Under the pieces are notes generated by a model. It worked only from the letters and a program-made list of their open reading frames with translations. It was not told where the DNA came from and did no database searches. Below, one piece after another: positions 42,088 to 51,778 of a DNA stretch of 64,000 nucleotides (position 1 is its first letter; each line of letters begins with the position of its first letter). Both the position numbers and the translations under genes were made by a program. The stretch is from positions 1,216 through 65,215 of the forward strand of contig JBDSSQ010000042.1 of the NCBI GenBank assembly GCA_039928695.1, written 5' to 3'. The DNA comes from Pseudolysinimonas sp. (GTDB lineage: Bacteria > Actinomycetota > Actinomycetes > Actinomycetales > Microbacteriaceae).

Positions 42088-42968
42088 CCGGCTCGCTTGG
42101 ACAGCGCACGCAGAGTTACCGCCGCCCAGGTGCGGAACGGTCGCCAGGCCTCGGCGACCTTCTCGAGTTCCGCGTCGGTGGGCGGGTGATCGAAGCCGTA
42201 GTGTTCGCGCACGAGCTCGCGGGTGTGGTCTTCCTGAACCGACAGAACGTCGGTGAGCCCCATGGCGCGGATCACGATCAGCGCACTGTAGAACGGGCCG
42301 ATGCCCGGCAGTTGCTGCAGGTCGAGCATTGCCGCCTCGGGCGGCATCGCACGAAGCCGCTCGACATCGAGCAGCCCGTCGTGGGCGGCGTTGGCGATCG
42401 CGTGCAGCCTCGGGATGCGATCGGCCGGCAGCCCGGGAAAGCTCGTGATCGACAGCAATTGACTGGGGGTCGGGATGGCGGCCTCGTCGCGCCCAGCCAG
42501 GCTGAAGCTGCGGCCATATGCCTCGGCCATCTTGCGCCGGAGGGCGATGCCCTGGGCTCGAGCACGACGCGCCGAGATGATCGACCAGACCGCCGCTTCG
42601 TACGGCGAGTAGAAGTTCGAGGGCCGAAACCCAGGTGCGATCGCGTGCACCCGGGCCAGCATCGGATCTGCGGAGCAAATCTTGTCCCACGCCACGCCGT
42701 CCGCATCGGCCGAGACCACCCGGGCAACCTGAGCGGTGACGGCGTCGAGGTCCCCATCGCCGTGCACCACCAGCTCGAGGTGATCGCCGGCCTGTCGCAC
42801 CTCGACACCGACCTGTTGCTCGCCGCCCTCGAGGCAGAAGGCGAGCCGCATCACCCCATCGAACGACGACTCGTTGCGATGCCCGAATCCCATGAGCGCG
42901 ACCTCGGCAAGGTCGTAGGGTCCGCGCAACGGGATGCGAGCGGTTCGAATGTCATCTGCGGCAGGCAC
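42084..42968 (-). CDS. HhH-GPD DNA glycosylase (AlkA-like, DNA-3-methyladenine glycosylase 2 family)
   Basis: It has an AlkA-like N-terminal domain plus LQQLPGIGPFYSALIVIRAMGLTDVLSVQED. Its stop codon overlaps the ligD stop (CTAA, 42084-42087). Confidence 0.7.
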   Translation of the reverse strand: MPAADDIRTARIPLRGPYDLAEVALMGFGHRNESSFDGVMRLAFCLEGGEQQVGVEVRQAGDHLELVVHGDGDLDAVTAQVARVVSADADGVAWDKICSADPMLARVHAIAPGFRPSNFYSPYEAAVWSIISARRARAQGIALRRKMAEAYGRSFSLAGRDEAAIPTPSQLLSITSFPGLPADRIPRLHAIANAAHDGLLDVERLRAMPPEAAMLDLQQLPGIGPFYSALIVIRAMGLTDVLSVQEDHTRELVREHYGFDHPPTDAELEKVAEAWRPFRTWAAVTLRALSKRAG

Positions 42969-42975
42969 GCGCTCA

Positions 42976-43881
42976 TCATGCCGCAGCCGACCGACGGCGG
43001 CGACGACGTGATCGAAGTCGGAGCGGCAATATCACCCCGACCACCGGAACGAACAGAAGCAGCCACGGCCAGAAAGGGGCCGCGACATCCATCTTGTGCG
43101 GCGCCAGCGTGACGCCGGCCAACGAGCGGATCGTGGTCTGAAGGTCGGGCTCGGCGGTGGCGCCGACGACATCCACGAGCTTGAGTTGCTCGCGGTAGCT
43201 GCGGGCGAGGGATTGCGCAGGCCGCACGCCGCTTTCTCGACAGACCAGTTGTGCGTGGGCCGCGATGAGGCGGTTATCGCAGGCGTTGGTGGCGCGAAAC
43301 GGGATATCACCGGTGTTGGTGACGACATACCGAAGAGCGCTCGACCTGACCGCAGGCAGCGAGATCGTTCGGGCATTGGGGATGGCGCTCCATTGCCCGG
43401 TGGCGTCGCGCACCTCCCAGCCGGCGTTCCAGTCGAACTGACCGCCCGTGATGGTGCCCTGCACGCCGGTATCGAGGCGTCCTTCGTCGGCCATGAAGTG
43501 AAACAAGAGCCTATTGACGCCCGACGCCACCTGCACGGCGAAGGTGCAGCTCACCTCGTGCGGCGCATCCAGCACGTCAGCCTGGCAATCACCGGGCGTC
43601 ACACCCTGGAACGCATCGGGCGCGTCGAGGTGAGCGAGCCACCGGTGCACAGAGTCTCCATGCAGGTCGACCGTCGCTGTCACCTCCGTCACGGCCCCGG
43701 TCGGTGCGAGATGCGCCCACGCCGGATGAGCAGGATCCAGCAGCGAAACGGTGTGCCCGTCGTTCTGCGTCGTCAAGCTGATCGAGATGGGCACAGCGGT
43801 TGGCAGGTCGGGCTGAGGCGGCCCGACGGGCGCGGTTACCGCGCTGACAGCGAGTAGCAGGGTGACGAGCGCTGTCAGCAT
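42976..43881 (-). CDS. Hypothetical secreted protein with a C-terminal TM anchor and poly-Arg tail
   Basis: The signal-like N-terminus is MLTALVTLLLAVSAVTAPV. The C-terminus is PFWPWLLLFVPVVGVILPLRLRSRRRRRR. There is no LPXTG motif. Confidence 0.5.
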   Translation of the reverse strand: MLTALVTLLLAVSAVTAPVGPPQPDLPTAVPISISLTTQNDGHTVSLLDPAHPAWAHLAPTGAVTEVTATVDLHGDSVHRWLAHLDAPDAFQGVTPGDCQADVLDAPHEVSCTFAVQVASGVNRLLFHFMADEGRLDTGVQGTITGGQFDWNAGWEVRDATGQWSAIPNARTISLPAVRSSALRYVVTNTGDIPFRATNACDNRLIAAHAQLVCRESGVRPAQSLARSYREQLKLVDVVGATAEPDLQTTIRSLAGVTLAPHKMDVAAPFWPWLLLFVPVVGVILPLRLRSRRRRRRSAAA

Positions 43882-43897
43882 CCTGCCGCTCCCATGA

Positions 43898-45490
43898 TCA
43901 ACTCCGGTCCGACTCGGCTTTCGCCTTGGCGATCCTGTCGACCTCGGCCTGAGGAAGCACGATGACGCCGGTCGCCGGCACCACCCCGCTGAGCCGCTCG
44001 GGTGAGAGCACGCGGGCGACCTCGTCGGCCGACATCAGTCCCGCGTCGACGACGAGCTCGGCGATCGACGCATTGGTGGTCAGGGCGGTGTGGGCGAGCG
44101 CCGCCGATGCGGCGTAGCCGATGTAGGGCGTCAGGGCGGTCACGACGCCGACGCTGGACTCCACCTGCTGGGTGAGGCGCGCGGTGTTCGCGGTGATCCC
44201 GTCGATGCAGTTGATGCGGAGCGTGTAGCAGGCGTTCGTCATCCACGAGAGCGACTGCAGCAGGCTGTGCGCGATCACGGGCTCGAAGGCGTTCAGTTGC
44301 AACTGGCCGGCCTCTGCCGCGGCGGTGACCGTGGCATCCGCGCCAATCACGCCGAAGGCGACCTGGTTGACCACCTCGGGGATGACGGGATTCACCTTGC
44401 CCGGCATGATGCTCGACCCGGCCTGACGCGGCGGCAGGTTGATCTCACCGAGACCTGCCTGCGGACCCGACGAGATCAGTCGCAGGTCGTTGCAGATCTT
44501 CGACAGCTTGACCGCGGCGCGCTTCAGGGTGCCGCTCAGGGTCATGAAGATGCCGGCGTCTGCCGTGGCCTCGATCAGGTCGGGGGCGGTCTCTTGCGGG
44601 ATGCCGGTCAGGTCTTCGAGGTGACGGCGCACCGCCTCGGCGTAGCGCGGGTCCGCCGTGATTCCGGTGCCGATCGCCGTCGCGCCCATGTTGATCTCAT
44701 TGAGCCACGGGATCACCTCGCTGAGACGATCGAAGTCCTCCTGCAGCGTGTGCGCGAAGCCGCTGAACTCTTGGCCAAGGGTCATGGGCACCGCGTCTTG
44801 CATCTGCGTGCGACCGACCTTGAGCACGTGCGCGAACTCGACCCCTTTGGCGGCGAAGCTCTCGGTGAGCTTGGCGTGCTCCTCGAGCAGACGCTGCACG
44901 CCGAACACCATCGCCAGCTTGATCGCGGTCGGATAGACGTCGTTGGTCGACTGGCTGCGGTTGACATCGTCGATCGGATGCAGCTCCGAGTAGTCGCCGA
45001 ATTGCAGACCCAGCTGTTTGAGGCCCGCGTTCGCGATGACCTCGTTGGTGTTCATGTTCGTGGAGGTGCCTGCTCCGCCCTGGATCACGCCGACCACGAA
45101 CTGGTCGTGCAGTTCACCGTCGACGATGCGCTGGCAAACCGCGTCGATGACCTCGGCCTTTTTGGGGTCGAGCACGCCGATGTCGCGGTTGGCGCGGGCG
45201 CTGGCCTGCTTCACCCTGGCGAGCGCGCGCACCAGGTCGGGGTAGTTGCTGATCGCGCGTCGGGAGATCGGAAAGTTGATGAGGGCCCGTGCGGTGTGGA
45301 TGCCCCAATACACGTCGGCAGGGATCTCCATCGATCCCAGCGAGTCGCTCTCGGTGCGGGTCGGTCCATCGCCCGCGAGCAGTTCATGAGCCTGGTTTGG
45401 CCCCGTGGTGACGAAATTCTCGTCCCCGTGGATGAACTGTTCGTTGCTGGTCAGTGTTGCCGAGATCTTGAGTCCGGTCGTGTCGGGCAT
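43898..45490 (-). CDS. aspA: Aspartate ammonia-lyase (class II fumarase/aspartase family)
   Basis: AAGGAGG RBS. ...DSLGSMEIPADVYWGIHTARALINFPIS..., GAGTSTNMNTNEVIAN, and the signature loop GSSIMPGKVNP. It has a ~40-aa N-terminal extension. Confidence 0.85.
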   Translation of the reverse strand: MPDTTGLKISATLTSNEQFIHGDENFVTTGPNQAHELLAGDGPTRTESDSLGSMEIPADVYWGIHTARALINFPISRRAISNYPDLVRALARVKQASARANRDIGVLDPKKAEVIDAVCQRIVDGELHDQFVVGVIQGGAGTSTNMNTNEVIANAGLKQLGLQFGDYSELHPIDDVNRSQSTNDVYPTAIKLAMVFGVQRLLEEHAKLTESFAAKGVEFAHVLKVGRTQMQDAVPMTLGQEFSGFAHTLQEDFDRLSEVIPWLNEINMGATAIGTGITADPRYAEAVRRHLEDLTGIPQETAPDLIEATADAGIFMTLSGTLKRAAVKLSKICNDLRLISSGPQAGLGEINLPPRQAGSSIMPGKVNPVIPEVVNQVAFGVIGADATVTAAAEAGQLQLNAFEPVIAHSLLQSLSWMTNACYTLRINCIDGITANTARLTQQVESSVGVVTALTPYIGYAASAALAHTALTTNASIAELVVDAGLMSADEVARVLSPERLSGVVPATGVIVLPQAEVDRIAKAKAESDRS

Positions 45491-45582
45491 CGCAATCCTC
45501 CTTGATCGTGATGAGTGGTTCGGAACGCACGCCTTGTGGGCACCCGAACGATGCTACGAGTCGAAAGCGGCTCGTGGGGGTT

Positions 45583-45789
45583 TCACGGATGCAAGAAGGG
45601 CACGATCAGGTAAATACCGAGAATCACGACGACGGCGCACACGACGAAGAGAGCGACAGAGACCGGGCGGTGCCATGCGGTCGGGCCGTCGTTGAGGCGC
45701 AGTCCGAGCGAGAACAGGGTCACCAATAGGCAGGCCGAGACCAATGAAACCACCAGCACCGTGAGAAACGCCAGCCAGTCGATCGTCAT
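45583..45789 (-). CDS. Small 2-TM membrane protein coupled to pit
   Basis: MTIDWLAFLTVLVVSLVSACLLVTLFSLGL...VALFVVCAVVVILGIYLIVPFLHP. Its ATG overlaps the pit stop (ATGA). The rest of track ORF 45583-46698 is an artefact overlapping pit. Confidence 0.55.
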   Translation of the reverse strand: MTIDWLAFLTVLVVSLVSACLLVTLFSLGLRLNDGPTAWHRPVSVALFVVCAVVVILGIYLIVPFLHP

Positions 45790-46979
45790 GCGCTCGGCTC
45801 CTCTGTTGCCACGGTCGGCGCCGTGGCGACGGTCTGCGCCGGCTTGTTCTTGCGGAGCTTCGGCCGCACGAAGACTCCAGGGGCGGGATGGGTGAAGTGC
45901 CGTGCGTCGATGCGGCGCTGACGGGCGATCAGGTAGACGGTGAGGATCGCCCCCAGGGCGAGCACGACATCCAGGATCACGCCAATCAGCCCGAGCTGCG
46001 AGAGCATGGCCGCCAGGGCCCCGATCACGCCCGATGACGGGATCGTGATGAGCCATCCCAGCGCGATGCGACCCGCGGTACCCCAGCGCACCGACGCGCC
46101 CTTGCGGCCGAGGCCAACTCCGATCACCGAGCCGGAGGCGACCTGGGTGGTCGACAGCGCGAAGCCGAGGTGGGTCGAGGCGAGGATCGTCGCGGTGGTC
46201 GCGGATTCGGCCGCGAAGCCCTGCGCGGGCTCGATGTCGGTGATGTCGCGGCCGAGCGTCTTGATGATGCGCCAGCCGCCCGAATAGGTTCCGGCCGCGA
46301 TGGCCAGCGCGCACGCGCCGATCACCCAGACGGCGGGGCCGCTGCCGGTGGGCTGCATGCCTGCCGCGATCAGGGCGAGCGTGATGACGCCCATGGTCTT
46401 CTGTGCATCGTTCGTGCCGTGCGCGAGCGAGACGAGTGACGAGGTGAAGATCTGGCCGACCTTGAACCTGTGGCGCTCGCGCTTGCGGGTGATCCGGTAG
46501 GCGATCTTGGTCGCCAGGAACGACACGAGTCCCGCCGTCAACGGGGCGAGCGCCGCGGGAATCAGCACCTTCGACACCAGAACCCCGCCGTCGATGGCGC
46601 CGAATCCTGCGCCGACGATCGCGGCGCCGATCAAGCCGCCGAACAAGGCATGGCTCGACGACGATGGCAGCCCGAGCAGCCAGGTCACCAGATTCCACAC
46701 GATGGCGCCGATCAGCCCGGCCAAGATCAGCGCCGGCGTGATTTGCACGCCGCCGTCGCCCTCTTTGATCAGGCCACCGGAGATGGTCTTGGCCACCTCG
46801 GTAGACAGGAACGCGCCGACCAGGTTGAGCACGGCGGCGATCGCCACAGCGACCTTCGGCTTCAGAGCACCCGTCGCGATGGGGGTCGCCATCGCGTTGG
46901 CTGTGTCATGAAAGCCGTTGGTGAAATCGAAGATCAAGGCCAACGCGATGACGAGCGCGACCAACAGGGTGACGTTCAC
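45786..46979 (-). CDS. pit: PiT-family inorganic phosphate transporter
   Basis: ...FDFTNGFHDTANAMATPI... and ...SLAHGTNDAQKTMGVI... are the duplicated PiT signature GxNDxxN/K. The start is a GTG. Confidence 0.9.
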   Translation of the reverse strand: MNVTLLVALVIALALIFDFTNGFHDTANAMATPIATGALKPKVAVAIAAVLNLVGAFLSTEVAKTISGGLIKEGDGGVQITPALILAGLIGAIVWNLVTWLLGLPSSSSHALFGGLIGAAIVGAGFGAIDGGVLVSKVLIPAALAPLTAGLVSFLATKIAYRITRKRERHRFKVGQIFTSSLVSLAHGTNDAQKTMGVITLALIAAGMQPTGSGPAVWVIGACALAIAAGTYSGGWRIIKTLGRDITDIEPAQGFAAESATTATILASTHLGFALSTTQVASGSVIGVGLGRKGASVRWGTAGRIALGWLITIPSSGVIGALAAMLSQLGLIGVILDVVLALGAILTVYLIARQRRIDARHFTHPAPGVFVRPKLRKNKPAQTVATAPTVATEEPSA

Positions 46980-47056
46980 TGGCGAGAAGTCTAAGAGGTC
47001 TGCCCCCCGACCTGGGCATCGCGGCGCGGCGGTGCGCGACCGTACGCTGACGGGAC

Positions 47057-47425
47057 ATGGGCGCTGAGCCCTGCATGGCTCCTGGGGGAATCAATATCGT
47101 GCATTCACGCCGCGTTCTCGGTGCCGTCGCACTCGGTGCGATCGTCGTCGCGGCCGTGAGTTTCGGCATCGTCGATGTTTCCATCGCAGACGCGAACAAC
47201 TGCGTAGGCGCGGCTGTCTCGTGCTCTGACGAATCGGTTCCGCCGGTGGCCGTGACCTTCGCGGCGCTGGGAGCGCTGGCGCTGCTGGTCAGCATCATGC
47301 CCACCGTGCACTGGATCGTCGAGGCGATTCAGGCCGGACGCACGAGTAACCGCGACGCCGACATCGAAGAAGCCGTGCTCGCCCGCCGCCGTTCTCGCGC
47401 CCTCGCGCTCGACGACCACTTCTAG
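47057..47425 (+). CDS. Hypothetical small membrane protein
   Basis: The track ORF has two hydrophobic segments (VLGAVALGAIVVAAVSFGIV and VTFAALGALALLVSIM). Start and family are uncertain. Confidence 0.35.
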   Translation: MGAEPCMAPGGINIVHSRRVLGAVALGAIVVAAVSFGIVDVSIADANNCVGAAVSCSDESVPPVAVTFAALGALALLVSIMPTVHWIVEAIQAGRTSNRDADIEEAVLARRRSRALALDDHF

Positions 47426-47669
47426 GTCACCACGATGTCGTCGCAGCGCGCAGCAACTCTTCTCGTTGACGTTCCCGTCGTGCCTGGGACGCATTGCGCG
47501 GGCATCGGGTGCGAGCACGATGAGCTCGCGGGATCCGGCGTCGAGCCGCTCGCGCCCGGCGCGCGCACGACCGCCCGCCATCGCCGCGCTGCCAGCGGAC
47601 GTCGAGCGCGACTGCAGCTCGCACCGGTGGCTGTCTCGCCGCGCGCGGCTCACTGCGCGTGAACCCGGC

Positions 47670-50252
47670 CTAGTCCAGCCGACCGACCCCGAGCACTCGG
47701 ACCACCGCGACGCCCTGCTCGGCCGACCCTGCCAGATCGACCTCGGCGCTGATGCCCCAGTCGTGGTCGCCCGCTGGGTCGTCGAGGATCTGCCGCACAT
47801 CCCATGTCGTCGAACCTTCGGTGATGATCACGCGAGCGGCGCTGCGGGCATCGGGACCGGTGCCGATGGAGTCGTGTTCGTCGAAGTACGCGTCGAGCGC
47901 CGCTGGCCAACCGGCATCCGGATCGAGCGCAACGAGTTCGTCGTCGTTCTGCAAGGCGGCGAGCTGCACGCGCCGCCAGATTTCGTTGCGGACCAGCACC
48001 AGGAACGCGCGACGGTTGGTGAGCACGCTCGGCGGCGTCGGTGGAAGAACTGGCGCATCGAGGGCACCGGTCACATCGAGCTCAGGATGGGTCAGGCTCT
48101 CCCACTCGTCGAGCAGGCTGGAGTCCACCTGGCGCACCACCTCGCCGAGCCACTCGATCAGGTCGCGCAGCTCCTCGGTCTTGGCCTCATCCGGGATCGT
48201 CTGCCGCGCCGCGCGGAACGCGTCGCTCAGGTAGCGAAGCACCAGCCCCTCGCTGCGACCCAGTTGATAGAACGCGACGAACTCGCCGAAACTCATGGCC
48301 CGCTCGTAGAGATCGCGCACCACAGACTTGGGTGACAGCTCGAAGTCGCGCACCCAGGGCTGACTCGATGCGAAGGTCTCGAAGGTCTGCTCGAGCAACT
48401 CGGCAAGCGGTTGTGGCCAGGTCACGTCTTCGAGCAGCTCCATGCGCTGCTCGTACTCGATGCCGTCGGACTTCATGGCCGCCACCGCCTCGCCGCGCGC
48501 CTTGAACTGCTGCTGCGAGAGGATCGCGCGCGGGTCATCGAGCGTCGACTCCAGCACGCTGATCATGTCGAGCGCATACGTCGGGGACGCCACGTCCAAC
48601 AGCTCGAACGCGGCGAGCGCGAACGGCGACAGCGGTTGGTTGAGCGCGAAGTTGGGTTGCAGATCCACGGTGAGCCGGATCGAAGCACTGCCATCGAATC
48701 CTCCGCCGCGCTGCTCGACGATGCCGCCTGCCCGCAGCGTGCGGTAGATGCCGATCGCTCGCCTGGCCAGTTCGCGCTGCCGCGCCACGTCCTCGTGGTT
48801 GTCGAAGACCAGCGAGCGCACGTTCTCGAAGGCGCTGCCTGGCTCGCGCGCCGCGACATCCGAGCCCGGTCGCCCGATCACGTTGATCAGCATGGCCGCG
48901 GTGAGTTGCATCGAGCTGGTCAGGGTCTCGGGAACGGCCGCGATCATCCGCTCGAAGCTCAGCGGCCCCCAACTGACGAAACCATCGGGCGCGCGCTTCT
49001 TCGGCGTGGCTTTCGCACGCTTTCCGGATGCCACGGCGGCGTCGGCCTTCGCCCCGATCCGCGCGTTCTCGATCTCGTGCTCTGGTGCTTCGGCGACGAC
49101 CTCCCCCGCCGTATCGAAGCCGGCTCTCCCAGCCCGCCCGGCGATCTGATGGAACTCGCGGGCGCTCAGCTGCCGCATCTTGCTGCCGTCGAACTTCGTG
49201 AGCCCTGTGAACAGCACGGTACGGATCGGCACGTTGATGCCGACTCCCAAGGTGTCGGTGCCGCAGATCACCCGCAGCAGACCGCGTTGGGCGAGTTGCT
49301 CGACCAGGCGGCGGTACTTGGGCAGCATCCCCGCGTGGTGCACGCCGATTCCCGCCCTGATCAGTCGCGACAGGCTCGCGCCGAAGCCGGCGGCAAAGCG
49401 GAAGCCGCCGAGCTCCTCGGCGATCGCGTCGCGCTGTTCGCGAGTGGCCACCTTGGCGCTCGACAGCGCCTGCGCTCGTTCGACAGCTGCCGCCTGAGAG
49501 AAGTGCACGATGTAGATCGGAGCGAGTCCATCGCCGAGCAACTGCTCGACGGTCTCGTGCACCGGTGTCATCACGTAGCGGTAGTCGAGCGGCACTGGAC
49601 GTTCGACACCGGTGACCTGCGCCACCTCGCGCCCGGTGCGCCGCTCCAGATCGTCGGCGATCGCGCTGACATCGCCCAGCGTGGCCGACATCAGCAAGAA
49701 CTGGGCGCGCGGCAGCATGAGCAGCGGAACCTGCCACGCCCATCCACGGTCGGGGTCGGCGTAGTAGTGGAACTCGTCCATGACGACCAGATCGGCGAGA
49801 GCCGCTGCGCCTTGACGCAGCGTCAGGTTCGCCAGGATCTCGGCAGTGCAGCAGAGGATCGGGGCGTCAGGATTCACGCTGGAATCGCCCGTGACCAGAC
49901 CCACGTTCTCGGCCCCGAACGCCTCGACCAATTGGAAGAACTTCTCACTGACCAGTGCCTTGATCGGGGCTGTGTACCAACTGCGTTGACCCTGCGCGAG
50001 CGCGATCGCGTGCGCGGCCAGCGCCACGAGCGACTTGCCGGTACCGGTGGGCGTCGAGAGCACCAGGTGCTTGCCGAGTACCAGCTCGAGCACCGCCTCT
50101 TCCTGCGCGGGATAGAGCTGGATGCCCTGCTCGCGGACCCACCCGTCGAAAGTGCCGATGAAGTCGTCGGCATCGAACACCTGCCCGACGGCGGACGCCG
50201 CCCCCGAAGGGTGCGGAAGGCGGTCGGCGAGCACGAAGAGAGTCTGCCGCAC
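47670..50252 (-). CDS. Ski2-like DEAD/DEAH-box helicase with a DUF3516-type C-terminal region
   Basis: ...LYPAQEEAVLELVLGKHLVLSTPTGTGKS..., VVMDEFHYY, ...GIGVHHAGMLPKYR..., CGTDTLGVGINVP. I take the start at GTG 50252; the track ATG is at 50339. Confidence 0.85.
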   Translation of the reverse strand: MRQTLFVLADRLPHPSGAASAVGQVFDADDFIGTFDGWVREQGIQLYPAQEEAVLELVLGKHLVLSTPTGTGKSLVALAAHAIALAQGQRSWYTAPIKALVSEKFFQLVEAFGAENVGLVTGDSSVNPDAPILCCTAEILANLTLRQGAAALADLVVMDEFHYYADPDRGWAWQVPLLMLPRAQFLLMSATLGDVSAIADDLERRTGREVAQVTGVERPVPLDYRYVMTPVHETVEQLLGDGLAPIYIVHFSQAAAVERAQALSSAKVATREQRDAIAEELGGFRFAAGFGASLSRLIRAGIGVHHAGMLPKYRRLVEQLAQRGLLRVICGTDTLGVGINVPIRTVLFTGLTKFDGSKMRQLSAREFHQIAGRAGRAGFDTAGEVVAEAPEHEIENARIGAKADAAVASGKRAKATPKKRAPDGFVSWGPLSFERMIAAVPETLTSSMQLTAAMLINVIGRPGSDVAAREPGSAFENVRSLVFDNHEDVARQRELARRAIGIYRTLRAGGIVEQRGGGFDGSASIRLTVDLQPNFALNQPLSPFALAAFELLDVASPTYALDMISVLESTLDDPRAILSQQQFKARGEAVAAMKSDGIEYEQRMELLEDVTWPQPLAELLEQTFETFASSQPWVRDFELSPKSVVRDLYERAMSFGEFVAFYQLGRSEGLVLRYLSDAFRAARQTIPDEAKTEELRDLIEWLGEVVRQVDSSLLDEWESLTHPELDVTGALDAPVLPPTPPSVLTNRRAFLVLVRNEIWRRVQLAALQNDDELVALDPDAGWPAALDAYFDEHDSIGTGPDARSAARVIITEGSTTWDVRQILDDPAGDHDWGISAEVDLAGSAEQGVAVVRVLGVGRLD

Positions 50253-50309
50253 GGTTCTGAGCGCCTGCGGCGGGCGTCCCCAAATGTGCGGACTCCCGCG
50301 CGGGTAGTC

Positions 50310-50346
50310 GTCCCCCAAGGGGGACATTCGTGTCCCCATGTTGGGG
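50310..50346. promoter_or_regulatory. Cluster of mutually exclusive G5/C5 hairpins (GTCCCCC-aa-GGGGGAC; GGGGACA-ttcg-TGTCCCC; CCCCA-tgt-TGGGG)
   Basis: Read directly in the intergenic/leader region between the helicase (-) and the first DUF2510 gene (+). The central hairpin has a UUCG loop if transcribed in the plus direction. Confidence 0.4.
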
Positions 50347-50437
50347 TGAGTGCGGAGAGTATCCTCCGGCCCCCTTTCCCCGTACCATTCAGTAGGGAAT
50401 CAGCGGGACCCAAGCCCAGAGCTCGAAGGAGTGCAGC

Positions 50438-51670
50438 ATGCCAGACGATGACGTGCGCGTTCCCGCTGGGTGGTACCCCGATCCGCTCGGCTTGCCCCAG
50501 TTGCGTTGGTGGGACAACCACGCATGGACCGAGCACATCTCTGACGCGCGTCAGCCGATGATGGCCACCGAGACGGTCACCTCGAAGCTCGCCTTCGCCG
50601 ACGACGACCGCCCATCCAACGAGCGTCCGTTCGCCGATCCCGCAGCCGGCGAGGCCGAGCAAGATCTGAGCCGCCGCGAGCGCCGCGAGCGCGAGCGCCA
50701 GTTCGATGACGAGCCAGCGGAGTCGTCAGGGGCGCATCGCGACCCGATCCCGCCGGCCGCCGCCGCATTCGCCGACCCGATCCGCTCGCTCGAGGCACCG
50801 GAGCGCGACCAGGTTCCGGTGGCAGAGGTGTCTCCCGCCTTCTCCATGGCAACCGGCTTTCTCGACGACGCGCCGACCAGCGCTCCTTTCGACCTCGACA
50901 CGCGCTTCGACGACCTGCTCGGCGAAGCGTCCATTCCGCGCTCCGCATTCGCCCACGTCGGCGAGTCGGCCACCTCGTTCATCCCGGCCACGCCGGCGGA
51001 ACAGTGGCCGTCGCAGCAGTGGCCAGCCGAGAAGCAAGCCCGCGTCATCACCGACGTGCCCACGAACACGGGTCCGGCCTGGATCATCACGCTGATCCCG
51101 CTCTACACGCTGGTGATCGGCTTGCTCCTCTTGCTTTCGGGCGCCGCCGGGTCGACGTCCGTCGTCGCCCTCGTGATGATGTTCGGCATTCCCTATGTCG
51201 CCGGCATCGTGCTCGCGATCCTCGATTACCGCGCCCTGCAGCGAGCCGGAATCGAACAGCCTGCCCACTGGGCCTTCGCGATTCTCACCGTCGGCATCTA
51301 CTTGGTGGCACGGCTGACTCGTACCGTTCGCGAATCGGGCACCGGCTTCGGTCCGCTGTTCACCTTCCTGGCGCTCGGTCTCTCGCTCATCGTGGCGAAC
51401 GTGGCGGTTCCCGGGCTGGTCATCCAGCTCGCGCCGGCGACCTTCGCCCACCAGGCCGAGATCGAGATCGTTCAAAGCGGAGCCTCGCTTGGCATCCCGT
51501 TGGTCGCGACCTGCCCCGCCATGCCACCGCTGATTCCGCAGCAGTCCTTTGTCTGCCAGGCCCACAAGCCAGGGCACGGCACGTACGACGTCACCGTGAG
51601 TCTCCAGCGCTCCAACGGCTGGATCGCGTGGCGCGTCGACGACTGGGGCGTTTTCTCGGCGAGTAGCTGA
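50438..51670 (+). CDS. DUF2510-domain membrane protein (paralog 1 of 4)
   Basis: AAGGAG RBS. N-terminal GWYPDPLGLPQLRWWDNHAWTEH is followed by an acidic/Pro linker, four TMs, and a Cys-containing C-terminal domain (VATCPAMPP...FVCQAHKPGHGTYDVTV). Confidence 0.75.
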   Translation: MPDDDVRVPAGWYPDPLGLPQLRWWDNHAWTEHISDARQPMMATETVTSKLAFADDDRPSNERPFADPAAGEAEQDLSRRERRERERQFDDEPAESSGAHRDPIPPAAAAFADPIRSLEAPERDQVPVAEVSPAFSMATGFLDDAPTSAPFDLDTRFDDLLGEASIPRSAFAHVGESATSFIPATPAEQWPSQQWPAEKQARVITDVPTNTGPAWIITLIPLYTLVIGLLLLLSGAAGSTSVVALVMMFGIPYVAGIVLAILDYRALQRAGIEQPAHWAFAILTVGIYLVARLTRTVRESGTGFGPLFTFLALGLSLIVANVAVPGLVIQLAPATFAHQAEIEIVQSGASLGIPLVATCPAMPPLIPQQSFVCQAHKPGHGTYDVTVSLQRSNGWIAWRVDDWGVFSASS

Positions 51671-51778
51671 GTTTGTGCCGTGACCTCATTAATGGGGACT
51701 CAGAACATACCCCGAATGGGGTCCTGTTCTCGTGGCGACTCGCTCGTAGACTGACAATGCCGTCAAACGAAGGAGGGG

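Noticed and set aside
40447-42690. 747-aa minus-strand ORF antisense to ligD.
   Set aside because: It has no motifs and is Arg/Gly/Ala-rich. The plus strand encodes a textbook LigD (Pol-PE-Lig).
44090-45505. 471-aa plus-strand ORF antisense to aspA.
   Set aside because: This is an antisense artefact. The minus strand has the GSSIMPGKVNP aspartase/fumarase signature and a strong RBS.
45790-46698. The remainder of track ORF 45583-46698 (371 aa).
   Set aside because: It lies fully inside the pit gene in another frame and is Arg-rich. Only the last 68 codons, a hydrophobic 2-TM peptide with an ATGA overlap to the pit stop, look genuine.
47426-47669. A 244-bp gap between convergent genes, examined for a hidden gene.
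   Set aside because: All six frames give Arg/Ala-rich short ORFs (for example 47427-47624 and 47435-47662) with no RBS or motif. I left it unannotated.
48411-50561. 716-aa plus-strand ORF antisense to the helicase, running into the first DUF2510 gene.
   Set aside because: It has no motifs. The minus strand encodes a Ski2-like helicase with Walker A and a DEFH box.
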